A DNA stretch of 63,917 nucleotides, the filler included, from Octopus bimaculoides (lineage: Eukaryota): assembly GCF_001194135.2 (NCBI RefSeq). It is 5 parts of 5 records of this genome, joined end to end, with 100 filler letters (N's around TTAATTAATTAA, not from the genome) between each part and the next. Parts side by side here need not be neighbours in the genome. Positions count along the whole stretch, not along the records: positions 61,364 to 62,673 come from NC_068986.1; positions 62,774 to 63,917 come from NC_068999.1; 3 more parts are not named here. One strand, written 5' to 3'. This document shows positions 62,435-63,917 of this stretch, in pieces; positions within the stretch are counted from its first letter, which is position 1; every line of letters starts with the position of its first letter. The position numbers and the translations under genes were made by a program. The notes below the pieces were generated by a model, which worked only from the letters and a program-made list of their open reading frames with translations, ran no database searches and had not been told where the DNA came from.

Positions 62435-63540
62435 TTGAAAATTGCTATGAAAATGACCGTTAAACAAAGGGAAATTACTGTGTGGTTGACCGTCATTAAG
62501 ACAAAAGAGCTATTAGAATGACCGCTAAGTGAGAGGAGGGAGTAAAGGTAAGGGAGTAAAAATGTCCATAGTATTCGCGTAAGCGCACCAGTCCATACAT
62601 ATACATGCGCGCCCGCACACCCACGTACATGTCGACGCGTCTAATAACCAAAGTTTTTATGTCTTGACAAAAANNNNNNNNNNNNNNNNNNNNNNNNNNN
62701 NNNNNNNNNNNNNNNNNTTAATTAATTAANNNNNNNNNNNNNNNNNNNNNNNNNNNNNNNNNNNNNNNNNNNNATATATATATATATATATATATATAAA
62801 TATATACACGTACATGTGTATATACGTGTGTGCGTGTCTGTGCGAGCGTTTGTGTGTGTGTATGTGTGTGTGTATGTGTGTGTGCGCGCGCGCGCGCGTG
62901 TGTATTTTCATTTTTTATGAGACCTTCTGGCCTAACTTTCCTAAGGTTTATACAACTTACCGTGTCTCACCGAGTTTGAATCCTGCACCGGTTCAGACTG
63001 AAGAGTAACTTCGTGATGTTTATATTGACATGATAGTAATAACTGTTCCCATCAACATCGCAACAACAACAACTAACAACACAACAAAAACAAAATTCTG
63101 AACAGAAGCACAATTGCGAAGGCATCTATATCAACACTGAATCTGCGAGTCACATCTCTTTAAAAACAGAGACTTAGGACAGTATATCCTGTATTAAATA
63201 ATCTAAGACGAAATGATGGTGGCTAAGAAACACAGCAACAATACATACAAGAATAATAAGAATGCTAATTTGTGACACTCGAACAAGACGTTTAATTTGG
63301 TACAGCAATTATAAGATGTAAATTTTACCAACTGCCAATGATGAAGGTAACAATTAAAGCAATCACAACCACAACAATAATTATATTATATTAACTGTAA
63401 CAACGAAAGTAATAACAAACTCAATATGGAGTCTTGTTAAATTTCCCTTAATCACTTGAAGTAGTTCAAATTTTCACCAGATTTTAAAAAAATTTCCTGC
63501 ACTGATGAGAAAAAAATGAATGCAATTTTCGTCATTAGTA

Positions 63541-63757
63541 TACTTTTATTCTTTTACATGTTTCAGTCATTTGACAGTGGCCATTCTGGAGCACCACCTT
63601 AAAGAGTTTTAGTCGAAGAAATCGACACCAGGACTTATTCTTTGTAACCATAGTACTTATTTTATCGGTTTATTTTGCCAAAGCGCTAAGTTACGGGGAC
63701 GTAAACACACCAGCATTGGTTGTCAAGCGCAGGTGGGGAGACAAACAGAGACACAAA

Positions 63758-63806
<49 letters not shown>

Positions 63807-63917
63807 ATGTATATACGACGGGCTTCTTTCAGTTTCTGTCTACCACATCCACTCAGAAGGCTTTAGTCGGCCTGAGACTAAAGTAGAAGAAACTCGCCCA
63901 AGGTGTCACGCAGTGAG
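63541..63917 (-). mobile_element. SINE family A, nearly full length (head cut by the window edge)
   Basis: Reverse complement of 7596-7998, including the tail, the microsatellite and the CORE-like ctcgcccaaggtg. Confidence 0.85.

Overview
AT-rich, repeat-dense eukaryotic scaffold with about 7.4 kb (~12%) of N gaps. It is most likely from an octopod cephalopod; this is inferred from the SINE families and microsatellite load, not from any database search. No host protein-coding gene, rRNA, tRNA or CRISPR could be established. Nearly all ORFs in the supplied track are artefacts of microsatellites or N gaps. The window is a mosaic of: at least five tRNA-headed SINE-like families; non-LTR retrotransposon remnants (Tx1/L1-type, RTE, CR1, and four R4/Dong-type pieces whose visible ends abut (TAA)n); an internally deleted mariner; a Tc1 remnant; a telomere-like inverted repeat; and a ~300-bp foldback. 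The main finding is a set of minimal type I hammerhead-ribozyme (HHR) motifs with palindromic stem III, of the kind known from Penelope-like elements. They occur in at least four unrelated sequence contexts. One is inside a tRNA-headed, SINE-like element (two copies) that also carries a Penelope-style inverted copy of its own tail, which makes it a candidate Pol III-driven, self-cleaving, Penelope-mobilised element. All structures were read by eye and ribozyme activity is untested.
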